A stretch of DNA of 63,059 bases, the filler included. It is 10 parts of 10 records of this genome, joined end to end, with 100 filler letters (N's around TTAATTAATTAA, not from the genome) between each part and the next. Parts side by side here need not be neighbours in the genome. Positions count along the whole stretch, not along the records: positions 10,076 to 15,745 come from SRR31156797_69327; positions 15,846 to 23,188 come from SRR31156797_69408; 8 more parts are not named here. The stretch is one strand, 5' to 3'. Positions 10,076 through 20,943 of the stretch are shown in pieces. Both the position numbers and the translations under genes were made by a program. Under the pieces are notes generated by a model, which saw only the letters and a program-made list of their open reading frames with translations, had not been told where the DNA came from and did not search any database. Position 1 is the first letter of the stretch; every line of letters begins with the position of its first letter.

Positions 10076-12464
10076 CAAAGGACGCTCCATTCAATATCGC
10101 GCCCTTGAAATCAGCTGATGAAAAATCAACGTCTTCCCAATAGGCGCCTGATAAATCCGCCTCCCTGAATAGAGCATTATTAAGAATAGTCTGGCCGTCC
10201 GCCTTGGCCGCCCCCAGGTTTGCTTCATTGAAAACACAGCCTTCTCCCTTAGCATCGGCCAAAGCGGCTTCGCTCAGATCCGCCCTTGTAAAGTCCGCAT
10301 GTTTTAATTTAGCTTCGCTGAGGTCAACTTGAAAAAGATCGGCTTCATGAAACTCTGCCTCGCTCAAATCCGCAGATGTGAAATCCGCGCCCCGCCCCTT
10401 AAGCTCCCGGCAATTGGCGCCGGTTAGGAGCGCTCCGGAAAAATCCGCTTCCATGGCATCGGCGTTTCTCATATCGGCCCGGCTTAAATCCGCCTCCTTA
10501 AAGTCGACAAAATGGAGTTTGGCCTCTTTCAGGTCGGCCTCGGCCAGTTTGGCCATACCCGCGCTGGCGCCGGAAAGCTCTGCCAGGGCAAGAGACGCCC
10601 CTGTCAGGTCCGACCCGGTTAAGATTGCCTTATTCAGCTTTGCCCCGGACAGGTCGGTCCCGGAAAGGTTGGCCTCTTCCAGCACTGCCCCGGACAAGTC
10701 AATACCGGGAAGCTTGCATTCGGAAAGGTCCAATCCGCTAAGGTCTTTACCCGCAAAACTCAAACCTTTCCCGTAGCCCGACAAAACATCCTCCCTGGTC
10801 AATGCGTCCGGCTCCTCTTCGCTTTCAGAAGGCTTTTCCGGCTCTTCCGGGAGTGGAGGTTTCTCGACTTCAGGAGTTGATGCATCAATCTCTTTCTGAA
10901 GGCCGGCAATATTATCCCGGCTCTTCTTTAGATCCTTCTCCAGGCCCATGATCATACCGATCAATTCACTATGGTCGCCAGGCAGTTGTTTTAAGGCGCC
11001 AACTAATTCATCGAGTGAAGGTTCCGTATGAGTAAGGGTTGAAGATTCGGCGTTTGGGTCAATGCCGACCTTTGCCAGGTGATCGAACAACTGTTTTTCA
11101 GCCGCCTCCCTTTGCTTGGTAACATGCCTTAACATCTCTTCAGGTCCGAGATGTTCAGGAAGTTTCGAATATTCGGGCTCCAATGAAGAAGCCGTCTCCT
11201 TGAGCAAAGGTTTTACCGGAGTCTGATCAGGGTCAATCCCAAGCCCTCTGAGATGGGCGTCGAGTTCGGCTTCGGCTTCCTTGACAGCCTTTTGTATCGG
11301 CGCCAGGGCCGCCGCCAATGCCTTGTTATCCGTTTCCGCATCTGGCGGCTTTTCTGCTTCGGCAGGCCAGGCCGGTGGTTCAGGTTCCACAGCCGCATCA
11401 TCTTCTTCAACGGGAGCTTCCCTTTCCTCCTCTTCCAAAGGTTCCAATAACAGGTTCTGATAGTAGGAAGCAGGTTTGGGCTCTTCGGTCAGTTTTTCAC
11501 TAAATGCCAGTAAATGGGCGACCTCTTCGGCTTCATCATCGTTTACAGGCATGGTTCCCCGCCAGATGCACAGCCCCATATCCAGGTGTGGAAAGAGCCA
11601 GATCGTATCCAGCCTGGTCTTGATTTCCTTGAAAACATCGCCCTCTGCCGTTTTTAGTTCGGCGAACACACGGGTGCGGAGACCGGGCATTTGTGAGTGC
11701 AGCACTGTTTGTTCCGGATGCATGCCCGTAAGTTCGATTTGTTCGTTTCCACGAAAGTACCCGTCCATCCTCTGGTCTCTGGGGGCCAGGTTAAAATAGC
11801 TGAAATCAAAATCATCCGGAAATCCCGGCCATGACTCTTCAAGCCATTTTTCGTCAAAGGTCCCCAAACCCCGAAGGCGGGACGGCCAGTCCAGCCCCAG
11901 GGGGCCGAATCCGGCCGGATCGGGCTTATCAGAAGAAGAAGATATCAAATGGCCCGGGTCTTCAATATTCGGCAGGGGTACGTATTTGTCGCCTTGCGGG
12001 CTTATTACCTCGGACAATCCCTTGCCCTGAGGGTTGCGGTCAAAATCCGGCCCGCCAAGGGCGTTGTTCCAGGTAATGTCCATTTGAGTAAAAGATTCGG
12101 GCTTGGAAATGACTTTTACCAAATAAAGGGGAGTTTCCCATCGCCGGGGGCCGAAAATATACACGGATTTTCGAACCGCGCCGACACGGAACGAGGCTTG
12201 TTCGGCCGAAACAGTCTTACCTTTTGGAGCGAAGCACTTGCCCGCAATGAGCACCTCTCCGCCCGGCTTGGGCATGCCCTGGTCCAGCACCTGGCGCCTG
12301 TCAAGGGCCTCCGAAGCCATTTCCCAGAGATGATCCTCATCGAACAGCTTATCCGGCGCACCAAGAGAAAATCCAGCCAGAACGGATACGACCAGAATGT
12401 CCTGTTTTGCTGCCGTAAAAGTCCTGGTGAGTACGGCCAGGGAATCGTCCTTGATATATATCAT
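10076..12464 (-). CDS. T6SS-associated DUF2169 protein with C-terminal pentapeptide repeats (3' truncated)
   Basis: N-terminal DxGMPKPGGE, GFGPL..DW, FNLAPRDQR and LDTIWLFP; C-terminal A(D/N)LS.A repeats; lies directly downstream of vgrG. Confidence 0.88.
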
Positions 12465-12482
12465 AGCAACCGGCCTTAACTT

Positions 12483-15050
12483 CTATCCTTTAATTTTAAG
12501 CACCTTGCATATTTTGGCTGATTTTCCTTTATATTCCATTGTTTTTTTCTTTACATCAAGGTCCTGGATTGTAACTTTTTTATCTGCGCTAATGCTGACG
12601 CTCTTTTTGGCATGAGCGGTTATAAAATTCTTTCCACTCAGAGTAATTCTCGTATTGCCATGCTCAAATGTAATGTTTGTATCCGCATTCAGTTCGATTC
12701 GCTCGGCCTCCAGAGTGGTTACACCGCCTTTCTTTTTCATGGTCAACGAGTTGTTCACGGGGACGCCAGCGCAAATTTGCAGTCTTTCGTCATTTCTCAA
12801 CACTGTATTAGGATGATCGAACATAGTCAGTGAGCCGTGTTTCGTTGTGATCAATATATCTTTTTCATTTGATTTTATTAGTACACCCACGCTCTGCGTC
12901 GGAGGCTGCCCCGGCAATTCTTTCTGCTCCAGATTAATGACGCCGTGCGCCTTGAGATTGACATCCTTGGCCGCCCAAAGATTCACTTTTTCGCCGTCAA
13001 TATCAACGTCTTTAGCCGCGCCTAAATGAATATCGTCTTCAGCCAATTGATAAATGCTTCCCGCCTCGGTGTACAGCCAGATATCCTTGCCGGAGTCGTC
13101 CATTTTCATGATGCTTCCGTCGCCCAGTCCGCCGACAAAAAACAGGGGTTTATCAGGAATCGCATATTGCGCCGTGTTTTTTAACCTGTCCACAACCCAT
13201 TTTTCCATCATCCTGGCTTGTGCATAGTTGGTCGTCAGAACGATCAGGGGCGTGGCAAATTCGCTAATGCCATGCGCCCACTTTTTCGCTTCCCCGGAAT
13301 CGTCGTCGACCTTGGTCAATTCGGGGATGGCTTTGACCATTTCCTCAATAGCGCCCATCAGCAAAGCTAGTTTTTTCCACCCCACGGCCAGCGTTTTCTG
13401 GGAACCCACAATTGAGTAGTCAAGGATGCCGCTGAACTGCATTTTAACCAGCTTGGCGAATAAAGCTCCATAGTCGCTTTTTTGCAACCATTCCGGCGGC
13501 GAGCCATGCCCCATGGAAAAAACCGAGGCCCCGTCTCCGGCGTGCATAACCACACGCTGCTCGCCTTCCTTGTCCTCAAAATGAAAACTCCCCCCTCCGG
13601 CGGTCTGAAACCCGGCCCTTGTGGGGTTGTTGCTGTTGACCCTGCTGGCGGTTTCGGGATTGGGAACGGCGCCCGATATGATCGGCCTGTCCGGATCCCC
13701 GTCAATAAAGGTCAGCAGCACCTCGACGCCTTTATGCAGTGGGAAATGCATGCCGTGATCCATCCCGGCATAGGGTTGGGCCATGCGAATCCAGGCCGAG
13801 GCCTTGCCGCCCTGGCGTCCGGACAGGTCAAAAGGCAGAATGACCTTGTATCTTCCATGGTCGTCCAATTCCGCGTATTTACCTGATCCCTCAGCATCAA
13901 TTACGGCATTCATGCTTCCGTAAAAACGGGGCTTTTCACTCATCCTTTCGGGACGGAACTGCACAGCGGCCGGGATGGCCGTTAAGCTGTTTCTATACAA
14001 AGGCTCTTCCTCCCGAATCGCCAGTGCCTCCCTGAATCCTTCTGTTAGAAAACAGGCCTGGTTGCCTTCATGCTCAATCTCCGTGGTCAGATATTGTGAG
14101 TTGAAGTCGTCCCGGTAATGACCGCTCATTTCAAAAGTGTAGCCTGGACGCAGATAACACGCTCCACTTTCTCCAATAAACACTTTTTGTCGGCATAGTA
14201 ATTCTTCCGAACGGATTTTGGCCAGGATGTCGCCTTCTTTTGGAGTTTGAAAGTGATCCCCATAAATATAAACGCCGCCAACGCCGTTTGAGGACGCATC
14301 AAAGCTTCCGGAAATATCAAGAGAAGGGTGGCGGTAATTATAATCCTTGAGCCGGACATTGACAGGCGCCTTTCTTTGGCGGCAGATTAATGATCGGATC
14401 ACTTTTTCCTGATGTAGTTCTTCCAAACCCGAGGGCGGGGCGTATGTCAGGGAGCGGCCTTGCGGCATGGCCGTATGAGCTATTTTACTATCGGTAATTA
14501 TAACTTTTTCACCTGTTTCACCCTGTTCAAAATAAAAATACAGCCCAGACCACTCAAGCCATCTGCAGAAAAAATTGAAGTGGCTTTCCCTATACTGGCA
14601 GACGAATTCCCGCTTGGCGGAATAGTCTCCCTGAAGATGCAGTTCATAATCAAGATTGGTGAGTCCGCAGTCCGCAAGCACCGCCTCCATGATCTCCGGT
14701 ATGGTCCGGTCTAAAAAAATCTGGTTGTAATGAGTTTGGGTCAGTCTCCATAATTTGGGAACCAGGCGGGCCCGGTAAAAGGTATGCTCAAGGACTTCCT
14801 GCATCTGGTCGAATTCGGCTATTATGCCGTGAAATGGAACCGGATCGCCATTTTCAAGATAAATTGTTAATACTGCGGGGAAATCAATGATTTTTTCCAG
14901 ATCTATACTGTAGTTTTCAGAAAACAGCGTAATCTCAAATTCGTAGCACTTGGAAAGGCTTTCGAAACCGCTAAAGTGAACGACTTCGAATGACTCTTCA
15001 GGAATGGCGAAGGATGTAAACGAAAACCTTTCGGAAGTCAAAGACGGCAT
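12483..15050 (-). CDS. vgrG: Type VI secretion spike protein VgrG with extended C-terminus
   Basis: FSGFESLS, CQYRESHFNF, DYNYRHP, DDHGRYKV, WIRMAQPYAG and FIDGDPDRP motifs. Confidence 0.93.
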   Translation of the reverse strand: MPSLTSERFSFTSFAIPEESFEVVHFSGFESLSKCYEFEITLFSENYSIDLEKIIDFPAVLTIYLENGDPVPFHGIIAEFDQMQEVLEHTFYRARLVPKLWRLTQTHYNQIFLDRTIPEIMEAVLADCGLTNLDYELHLQGDYSAKREFVCQYRESHFNFFCRWLEWSGLYFYFEQGETGEKVIITDSKIAHTAMPQGRSLTYAPPSGLEELHQEKVIRSLICRQRKAPVNVRLKDYNYRHPSLDISGSFDASSNGVGGVYIYGDHFQTPKEGDILAKIRSEELLCRQKVFIGESGACYLRPGYTFEMSGHYRDDFNSQYLTTEIEHEGNQACFLTEGFREALAIREEEPLYRNSLTAIPAAVQFRPERMSEKPRFYGSMNAVIDAEGSGKYAELDDHGRYKVILPFDLSGRQGGKASAWIRMAQPYAGMDHGMHFPLHKGVEVLLTFIDGDPDRPIISGAVPNPETASRVNSNNPTRAGFQTAGGGSFHFEDKEGEQRVVMHAGDGASVFSMGHGSPPEWLQKSDYGALFAKLVKMQFSGILDYSIVGSQKTLAVGWKKLALLMGAIEEMVKAIPELTKVDDDSGEAKKWAHGISEFATPLIVLTTNYAQARMMEKWVVDRLKNTAQYAIPDKPLFFVGGLGDGSIMKMDDSGKDIWLYTEAGSIYQLAEDDIHLGAAKDVDIDGEKVNLWAAKDVNLKAHGVINLEQKELPGQPPTQSVGVLIKSNEKDILITTKHGSLTMFDHPNTVLRNDERLQICAGVPVNNSLTMKKKGGVTTLEAERIELNADTNITFEHGNTRITLSGKNFITAHAKKSVSISADKKVTIQDLDVKKKTMEYKGKSAKICKVLKIKG

Positions 15051-15364
15051 GGGCGCCTCCTTAATGAGATGTACGGCTTCAAATGATTATGTTTGTTCGT
15101 TTCTGACGCTTGGAATATTTTTAAATACTATTGGTTTCAGGCTTGATCCGGCGCCTGCAAAAAATTATACTTCAGTTTAATCTTTAGTCAATATTTTTTA
15201 AATTCGACTAATACGTCAAGAGTTATATTTGCCGCCAAACCAGGCGCCGTTACATCCCCGGGGCGTTAAACAGGGTTTGGCGATAATTGTATGACATCCT
15301 TATATGATAGGGATGGCGCCGGAGTTGAAAGTGTTTCTGGACTAAATGAAAGTGAGGGGAGTTA

Positions 15365-15745
15365 ATGCAAGATAAAATAAGCCTGTTTCCATCAACCGGA
15401 AGCCTGCGAAACTGGACCGAACCTCTTCCGGTAAAGGTTCGGGACCTTTTCACAAAATTGTCCCGGTCCCTGGTCGCCCTTAAAAAAAACGACTGGCAAG
15501 CCCTGCTCGATAATACCGTCGACGAACTGTCTCCACCTGACCCGGCGTCTCATCCGGACCGGCTTGCCTTTACCCTGATTTGGAAGAGTTTGATTCGAGC
15601 CATGTTCGAAATGAGCAGAGAACTGGCGCCCTGGCTGGATTGGCCCGCCCCCGAAGATGCTGCTGAAGTGGTCAACAGTTTGGATTTGTCTTTTGAAGAT
15701 AATGAATTCACCATTGATGGATCCTTATTCCAGGCGCCGGAAGAT
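15365..15745 (+). CDS. Hypothetical protein (3' truncated)
   Basis: Open frame with GGGGAG SD running into the linker; no recognised motif. Confidence 0.55.
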
Positions 15746-15845
15746 NNNNNNNNNNNNNNNNNNNNNNNNNNNNNNNNNNNNNNNNNNNNTTAATTAATTA
15801 ANNNNNNNNNNNNNNNNNNNNNNNNNNNNNNNNNNNNNNNNNNNN
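15746..15845. other. Artificial contig linker 2
   Basis: Same 100-bp linker. Confidence 0.98.
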
Positions 15846-15902
15846 CGTATTGAACGAAAATCCCTTCAGTCGGCGCCTGCGTGGTTTGACTTGGCGGACC
15901 AT
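15846..15902 (-). CDS. pssA: Probable phosphatidylserine synthase, N-terminal fragment
   Basis: ATG 8 nt after the psd stop gives MVRQVKPRRRRLKGFSFNT, a basic N-terminus typical of alphaproteobacterial PssA; psd-pssA is the usual gene order. Confidence 0.55.
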
Positions 15903-15910
15903 TTGGTTCC

Positions 15911-16597
15911 TCAGCGGATTTCGCCGGTTCGTGTCGGTTCCTGAGCCTGCAGATCGGCCAGCACCGTTTCACCGGCCACGGCTTGTTGTCCCTGAACCAC
16001 CAGGGGGGCGATGCCATCCGGCATGTAGACGTCGACCCGGCTACCGAAACGAATCAGGCCGAACCTTTCGCCTGCACGGACCTGCGATCCTTCCGAAACA
16101 TCGCACCGGATGCGCCGTGCGATCAATCCGGCGATCTGGACGCAGGCGAATTCGGTGCCGTCTTCCGTTGTCAGACAAAGCGATTGCCGTTCGTTCAGTT
16201 CGCTGGCTTTGTCGAAGGAGGCATTGAAAAACTTGCCCGGCCGATAGACCGCCCGTTTGACCTTGCCGTCGACCGGTATCCGGTTTACGTGAACGTTGAA
16301 CACATTCATGAAGATGCAGATACGAGCCATCGGCGCATCGCCCATCTCCAGTTCCGGAGGCGGTGCCGCGCGGTCGACCAGTTGGACGACGCCGTCGGCC
16401 GGCGCGATGACCAATCCGGCGCGAGTCGGTGTCACGCGGTCGGGATTGCGGAAGAAATAGACGCACCAAAGCGTCAGCACGGCGCCGATCCAACCGAGCG
16501 GCGGCCAAAGATAGGCCAGCCCGACGGTAATACCGGCAAAGATGGCGATAAAAGGCCAGCCGGCGCTGTGAATTGGCACCAGGATTGACTTCAACAA
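15911..16597 (-). CDS. psd: Phosphatidylserine decarboxylase
   Basis: [23 protein letters not shown] and RFGSRVD self-cleavage motif. Confidence 0.95.
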   Translation of the reverse strand: MLKSILVPIHSAGWPFIAIFAGITVGLAYLWPPLGWIGAVLTLWCVYFFRNPDRVTPTRAGLVIAPADGVVQLVDRAAPPPELEMGDAPMARICIFMNVFNVHVNRIPVDGKVKRAVYRPGKFFNASFDKASELNERQSLCLTTEDGTEFACVQIAGLIARRIRCDVSEGSQVRAGERFGLIRFGSRVDVYMPDGIAPLVVQGQQAVAGETVLADLQAQEPTRTGEIR

Positions 16598-16610
16598 TGC
16601 CTGTCCCCAA

Positions 16611-17969
16611 TCAGCCCTTGCCCTTTGGAAGGGCGAATATCTGTCCGGGGAAAATCATATCCGGATCGGCAATTTGTTCGGTATTGGCTTCGTAGATAAC
16701 CGAGTAGTCGAAACCCGACCCATAGGTGCGCCGGGCTATCCGCCAAAGGCTGTTGCCGGGCTGAACAACGACGTACCGACCCGGTCCGGGGCTTAACGGT
16801 TTGGCCCGGGCGAATGGGATAACGATGCGTGCGATCACCTTGCCGGATGCATCAACCTGATCGGCGCGCAGTGTGTATAGCCCTGGCTTGACGCGGATCT
16901 CCGGGGTGACTCGCCATGCGCCGTCTTCACCGGCGGTTGCACGGCCAATGAATTTGTTGTCGAGATAGAGCTGCACCAGCGCCCCGGAGGCTGCACGACC
17001 GCCGATGCTGAGCCGCCCTTCATCGTCGTAATCGACCAGATCGATGGTCAGCGGAAGCTGTGCTTCGCCGGATGTCGGTTTCTGCAGCACGACGCTGGGA
17101 ATCGGTCGATCCGGGACCGTGACCATTTCGGGTTTTTCTGTCGGAACCTTGAGCGCCAAGGGTTGCGACGGTTGGTCGGTCGGACGGCCGGCGATGTCCT
17201 TGCCTTTTTCCGGGACGACAAGCATGACCGACGAATCGGAAGTCGCGGTCCGGCCGTCGCCGTTTGACGATTCGAGGGTCAATTCGCTGGTCCCCGGCGG
17301 CAGCGGCTTTTCGGGAATGAACACCCATTCACCCCGAGTATCTGCGGTGACTTCGCCGATAACCTTTCCGTGATCGAGAATCCTGGTTTTGCTTCCGGGT
17401 TCGGCGCGCCCGGCCATCACGGTATCGCCTTTTGGGTTTATTCGAACGACGTCGAAGGAGGGCCGCGTCTCGGCACCGGCTTGTGCAGCGGGAGACGGTG
17501 CAGTTGTCGTGGCCGGCGCCGTTGGCGATGCCGTCGCCGTCTGGGTTTGCGGGGCGGCTTCGGGTGCCGATTCAATCACTTTTGCCGCCTGCGCAGCGGC
17601 TTCGGCGACGGCCTGGGCCGCTTCCGCCTCGGCGGCGGCCTGTTTTGCCACTTTGGCGGCCTCGGCGGCTTGGCTTTCGGCCTGCGCCGCCGCTTCCCTG
17701 GCTTCGTCGCTGGCTTCCGGAGACTTTGCCTTTTCGGTGGCCATCTCCGCGGCCATTTTGGCCTCTTCCGCCAATTTGGCGGCAGACCGGGCCTTTTCAG
17801 CGGCTTGCTCGGCCGCTTCGGCAGCGGCATCGGCCGCAGCTTGCGGGGCCGTTGATTGGCCTGTCAGTGATTCCTCTGCCACTTCCTGCTGCCAAACCAG
17901 AAAGTTAGCTGCGATCGCAACAATGATAACGACGACGCCGATGGCGGTGATGACAAGCGGGCGGTTCAC
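16611..17969 (-). CDS. Membrane-anchored LysM peptidoglycan-binding protein
   Basis: N-terminal TM, Ala/Glu-rich linker, two Ig-like repeats, C-terminal [11 protein letters not shown]...IFPGQ LysM. Confidence 0.88.
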   Translation of the reverse strand: MNRPLVITAIGVVVIIVAIAANFLVWQQEVAEESLTGQSTAPQAAADAAAEAAEQAAEKARSAAKLAEEAKMAAEMATEKAKSPEASDEAREAAAQAESQAAEAAKVAKQAAAEAEAAQAVAEAAAQAAKVIESAPEAAPQTQTATASPTAPATTTAPSPAAQAGAETRPSFDVVRINPKGDTVMAGRAEPGSKTRILDHGKVIGEVTADTRGEWVFIPEKPLPPGTSELTLESSNGDGRTATSDSSVMLVVPEKGKDIAGRPTDQPSQPLALKVPTEKPEMVTVPDRPIPSVVLQKPTSGEAQLPLTIDLVDYDDEGRLSIGGRAASGALVQLYLDNKFIGRATAGEDGAWRVTPEIRVKPGLYTLRADQVDASGKVIARIVIPFARAKPLSPGPGRYVVVQPGNSLWRIARRTYGSGFDYSVIYEANTEQIADPDMIFPGQIFALPKGKG

Positions 17970-18123
17970 GCTGACCCCTCAAAATCCCCAAAAAAACCCC
18001 AAACGAGATGTCGCATAACAGTAATACGGCCTTTCCTGCAGCGCAATGACCCCTTGGCGAACATAGGCTTCACCGGCCGGCCGGTTGGACACGGCAAACA
18101 AAAGGCTGAGCTTTCGGAAACCG

Positions 18124-19083
18124 CTATTGGGGCGGATTGCCGGATATGTCGTTGACCACCGGCGGCAGCGATCGAAGATAAACGATCAGGGCTTTGCGAT
18201 CGGCCGGGGTTAACCGGGCCGTACCCTTGAACACGACGTCGGCCATGCCGGAACCGACAAAGTCGCCGTCCGGCAGCATGCCCATGACGAACAGCGTGTC
18301 GATTTCGTCGTCGGACCATTCGCCGATACCGGTATCCGGATCCGGCGTGATGTTGGGCACGCGCCCACCCTCGGGGCCGTGCGCCGTTCCCGCGAAAACC
18401 ATCGATCCGTCGATCGCGCCCAATGGATTGCGTGGCGTGTGGCATTCGCCGCAATGGGCGACGGCATTGGCGATGTAGGCGCCGCGATTCCATTCGTCGT
18501 CCATCGACGGATCTTCCCGATACGGGCCCCTATCGAAAAACAGCCACTTCCAGAACGTCATGAGGAAACGCCAGCCGAACGGCGGATCGACCTCGTGCGG
18601 TTTGTTGGCCCGCGAAACCGCTGGCAGCGATACCATGTAAGCCCACAAATCCCCGATGTCCGGATCGGTCATGCCCGTATAGGACGGGTAGGGGAATACC
18701 GGAAAATAGTGCGAACCGTCGGGCGCCTTGCCATCGCGGATCGCAGCCCTGAAATCGTCGATTGACCAGTTGCCGATACCGGTGTCGAGATCCGGTGTAA
18801 TGTTCGGGCTGAAGAATGTCCCGAAGGGCGTATCGAGCTTTCGGCCGCCGGCAAGCGGCGGTCCCTTGTTTTCTTCATCGGTATGGCACGCGGCGCAGCC
18901 GGCGGCGTTGAATATGTACTCGCCGCGTTTAACGGCATCGGCATCCGCCGCCGAACCGGCAAGCGGATGCATCATGCCGAGCAAAACCAGACAAAGGAGG
19001 CCGGCCGGTTTAACGCCGAACCGACGCCGAGCGGGCTCCCTCGAGCGGTCGGCGTCTATTTCTGGCGGAATGGTTTGTGGCAT
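18124..19083 (-). CDS. Diheme cytochrome c (start uncertain)
   Basis: CAACH and CGECH heme motifs, repeated PNITPD, FPYPSY. Confidence 0.9.
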   Translation of the reverse strand: MPQTIPPEIDADRSREPARRRFGVKPAGLLCLVLLGMMHPLAGSAADADAVKRGEYIFNAAGCAACHTDEENKGPPLAGGRKLDTPFGTFFSPNITPDLDTGIGNWSIDDFRAAIRDGKAPDGSHYFPVFPYPSYTGMTDPDIGDLWAYMVSLPAVSRANKPHEVDPPFGWRFLMTFWKWLFFDRGPYREDPSMDDEWNRGAYIANAVAHCGECHTPRNPLGAIDGSMVFAGTAHGPEGGRVPNITPDPDTGIGEWSDDEIDTLFVMGMLPDGDFVGSGMADVVFKGTARLTPADRKALIVYLRSLPPVVNDISGNPPQ

Positions 19084-19514
19084 CCGCCGCAGGACCCTCC
19101 GAGACCGCCCATGGCCGCACCGACGGCGGCCATATCGCCGCTGGCCGCGGCCTTGGCGAAATTGGCCGAGGCCATCTCAAAGGCGGCGACGGCTTTTGCG
19201 AATTCGTCCGGCTTTTCCCAAATGGCCGGCAACGCACCGGTCTTGCCGACGTCGGAGCCCTTCGGGAAAAGATCCTTGGTCATCCTGCCGATACCGGCAA
19301 TCGCCTCGGCGTGATCCTTGAGGTGACCCTTGTGCCCGACCTGGCCCTTCATGATTGCCGCCGCCGAACCCATGTGGCCGCCGAGCGCCTTCATGACGGT
19401 CTGCCGATACTTGACGGCGGCTTCGTCGGCCGACGCCGGGCCGACGCCGATACCGATTGCGAGAATCGCCGACATCAGAGCTGTCGCAAACAGGCGCCTG
19501 ATCCAAACCTTCAT
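19056..19514 (-). CDS. Cytochrome c' / c556 (class II)
   Basis: Signal peptide, RQTVMK, IWEKPDEF, C-terminal CGGCH; ATG at 19514 has a GGAGG SD. Confidence 0.92.
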   Translation of the reverse strand: MKVWIRRLFATALMSAILAIGIGVGPASADEAAVKYRQTVMKALGGHMGSAAAIMKGQVGHKGHLKDHAEAIAGIGRMTKDLFPKGSDVGKTGALPAIWEKPDEFAKAVAAFEMASANFAKAAASGDMAAVGAAMGGLGGSCGGCHKPFRQK

Positions 19515-19645
19515 CTTTTTGCCTCCGGTTGCGTGAAATCTGATTGATGAACACTTCAGGCCAGTACATATTCCCGGCGGGCGGTCCTGGCAGTCAATAG
19601 CCGCCGCAGTAGCTCTTATAAGGTGACGCCAGCGGGGATTTCCAA

Positions 19646-20314
19646 GTGCGCCAATCGAAGCTTTCCACCGAACCGACCGAGACATCAACGGATCGTGAAG
19701 ACGCGGTCTCGCAGGAACCCGAAAAAAGGCTTCGGGCGATCTGTATTTTTGCCGGATCCCGCATGGGCGCGGATGCGCGTTATCGCCTTGAAGCCGAGCG
19801 GTTGGGACAGCTTATCGCCGAGCGCGGAATTCGGCTGATTTACGGCGGTGGCGCCATCGGCGTCATGGGCACCGTCGCCAAGACGGTCCTGGAGCACGGC
19901 GGCGAGGTGGTGGGAATCATCCCGGATTTCCTGATGAGCCTGGAAGTCGGCAACCCCGGCGTCACCGAGTTGATCACGGTCGACACCATGCACGAACGCA
20001 AAGCCAGGATGTTCGACATGTCGGATGCCTTCGTGGTGCTGCCGGGCGGCCTCGGAACCCTGGATGAAACCATCGAAGTCGCCACCTGGAAGCAGCTTCA
20101 GCTTCACACCAAGCCGATCGTCGCGGTCAATATCGACGGCTTCTGGGACCCGCTGATGGATCTTCTGGCCCATGTCACCGACGGCGGTTTCGCCCATGCG
20201 GCGATGCCGGGGCTGGTGACGATGAGCGATACGGTCGACGGCGTCTTCGATGCCATCGCCAATTCGAAGGCGCCGGGGCGCGAGGTGCTGCTGAGCCATA
20301 TCAAGACCGATTAG
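19646..20314 (+). CDS. LOG family nucleotide phosphoribohydrolase
   Basis: YGGG..GVMG, MHERK and PGGLGTLDE motifs. Confidence 0.93.
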   Translation: MRQSKLSTEPTETSTDREDAVSQEPEKRLRAICIFAGSRMGADARYRLEAERLGQLIAERGIRLIYGGGAIGVMGTVAKTVLEHGGEVVGIIPDFLMSLEVGNPGVTELITVDTMHERKARMFDMSDAFVVLPGGLGTLDETIEVATWKQLQLHTKPIVAVNIDGFWDPLMDLLAHVTDGGFAHAAMPGLVTMSDTVDGVFDAIANSKAPGREVLLSHIKTD

Positions 20315-20364
20315 CAGGCCGACCGGAGGCCGTGGCCGGCCTGCAGTTCTATCGGTCAATCCAA

Positions 20365-20622
20365 TCAGCGTTGGTTCAGTTCGGCCCGGACGGCGGCCAA
20401 TCCATCCCTGGTGATTTGATAGGGCCCGCCCCGGCGGGACCGGATGAAGCGGCGTTTTTTCAGTCTCAGGAAGATGTCTTCCCGGCACGACGCCATGGTC
20501 CAGCCGTCGCGGGTTACGCAATTGATTTCGACGATCTTTTTGCGGCCGTCCTTTTTGATGAGGATCACGCCGCCCTGGGCAAGCGCGTGCAGGACGCGTT
20601 GCTCGGTCTTGGAAATGTTCAC
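20365..20622 (-). CDS. yjhX: YjhX/TopAI family (UPF0386) protein
   Basis: From GTG at 20622: MNISKTEQRVLHALAQGG...CVTRDG...FLRLKKRRFIRSRRGGPYQITRDGL.AVRAELNQR, the family signature. Confidence 0.88.
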   Translation of the reverse strand: MNISKTEQRVLHALAQGGVILIKKDGRKKIVEINCVTRDGWTMASCREDIFLRLKKRRFIRSRRGGPYQITRDGLAAVRAELNQR

Positions 20623-20654
20623 GGGTTCGTTCCGGATCTGTTGGTCGCAGCGAA

Positions 20655-20800
20655 CAATCGACCAAACGCCCGGCGGTTCGCAGGCAGCGAAGCCGCGAAT
20701 GGCGTGTGGTCGAACGCTGATTCGCGATCCGACTTTTTTTAAGCAAGACCGCAATCAGCGGCTGCGCACGGATTCCAACATAAAATCTCGCTATCCTTGA
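20655..20800 (-). promoter_or_regulatory. Structured yjhX leader with 8-codon uORF (20755-20781, MLESVRSR)
   Basis: ATG TTG GAA TCC GTG CGC AGC CGC TGA on the minus strand, followed by two long hairpins at 20715-20760 and 20658-20713. Confidence 0.62.
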
Positions 20801-20943
20801 ACGGCCTGCACTATAGGGCTTGGCTACCATGGGTCAACGCCGATCCTTACTGCGTTCGGTTCTTGCCGGTAAGATGATATAGTCTCGTCCATCAACGGTT
20901 TCGGATCGGGGGAGGCCCACCGGTGATAAGGCTTGTACAAGGC

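Noticed and set aside
10076..10760. Pentapeptide repeats as Qnr-type quinolone resistance
   Set aside because: They are fused to DUF2169 next to vgrG, the known T6SS accessory context.
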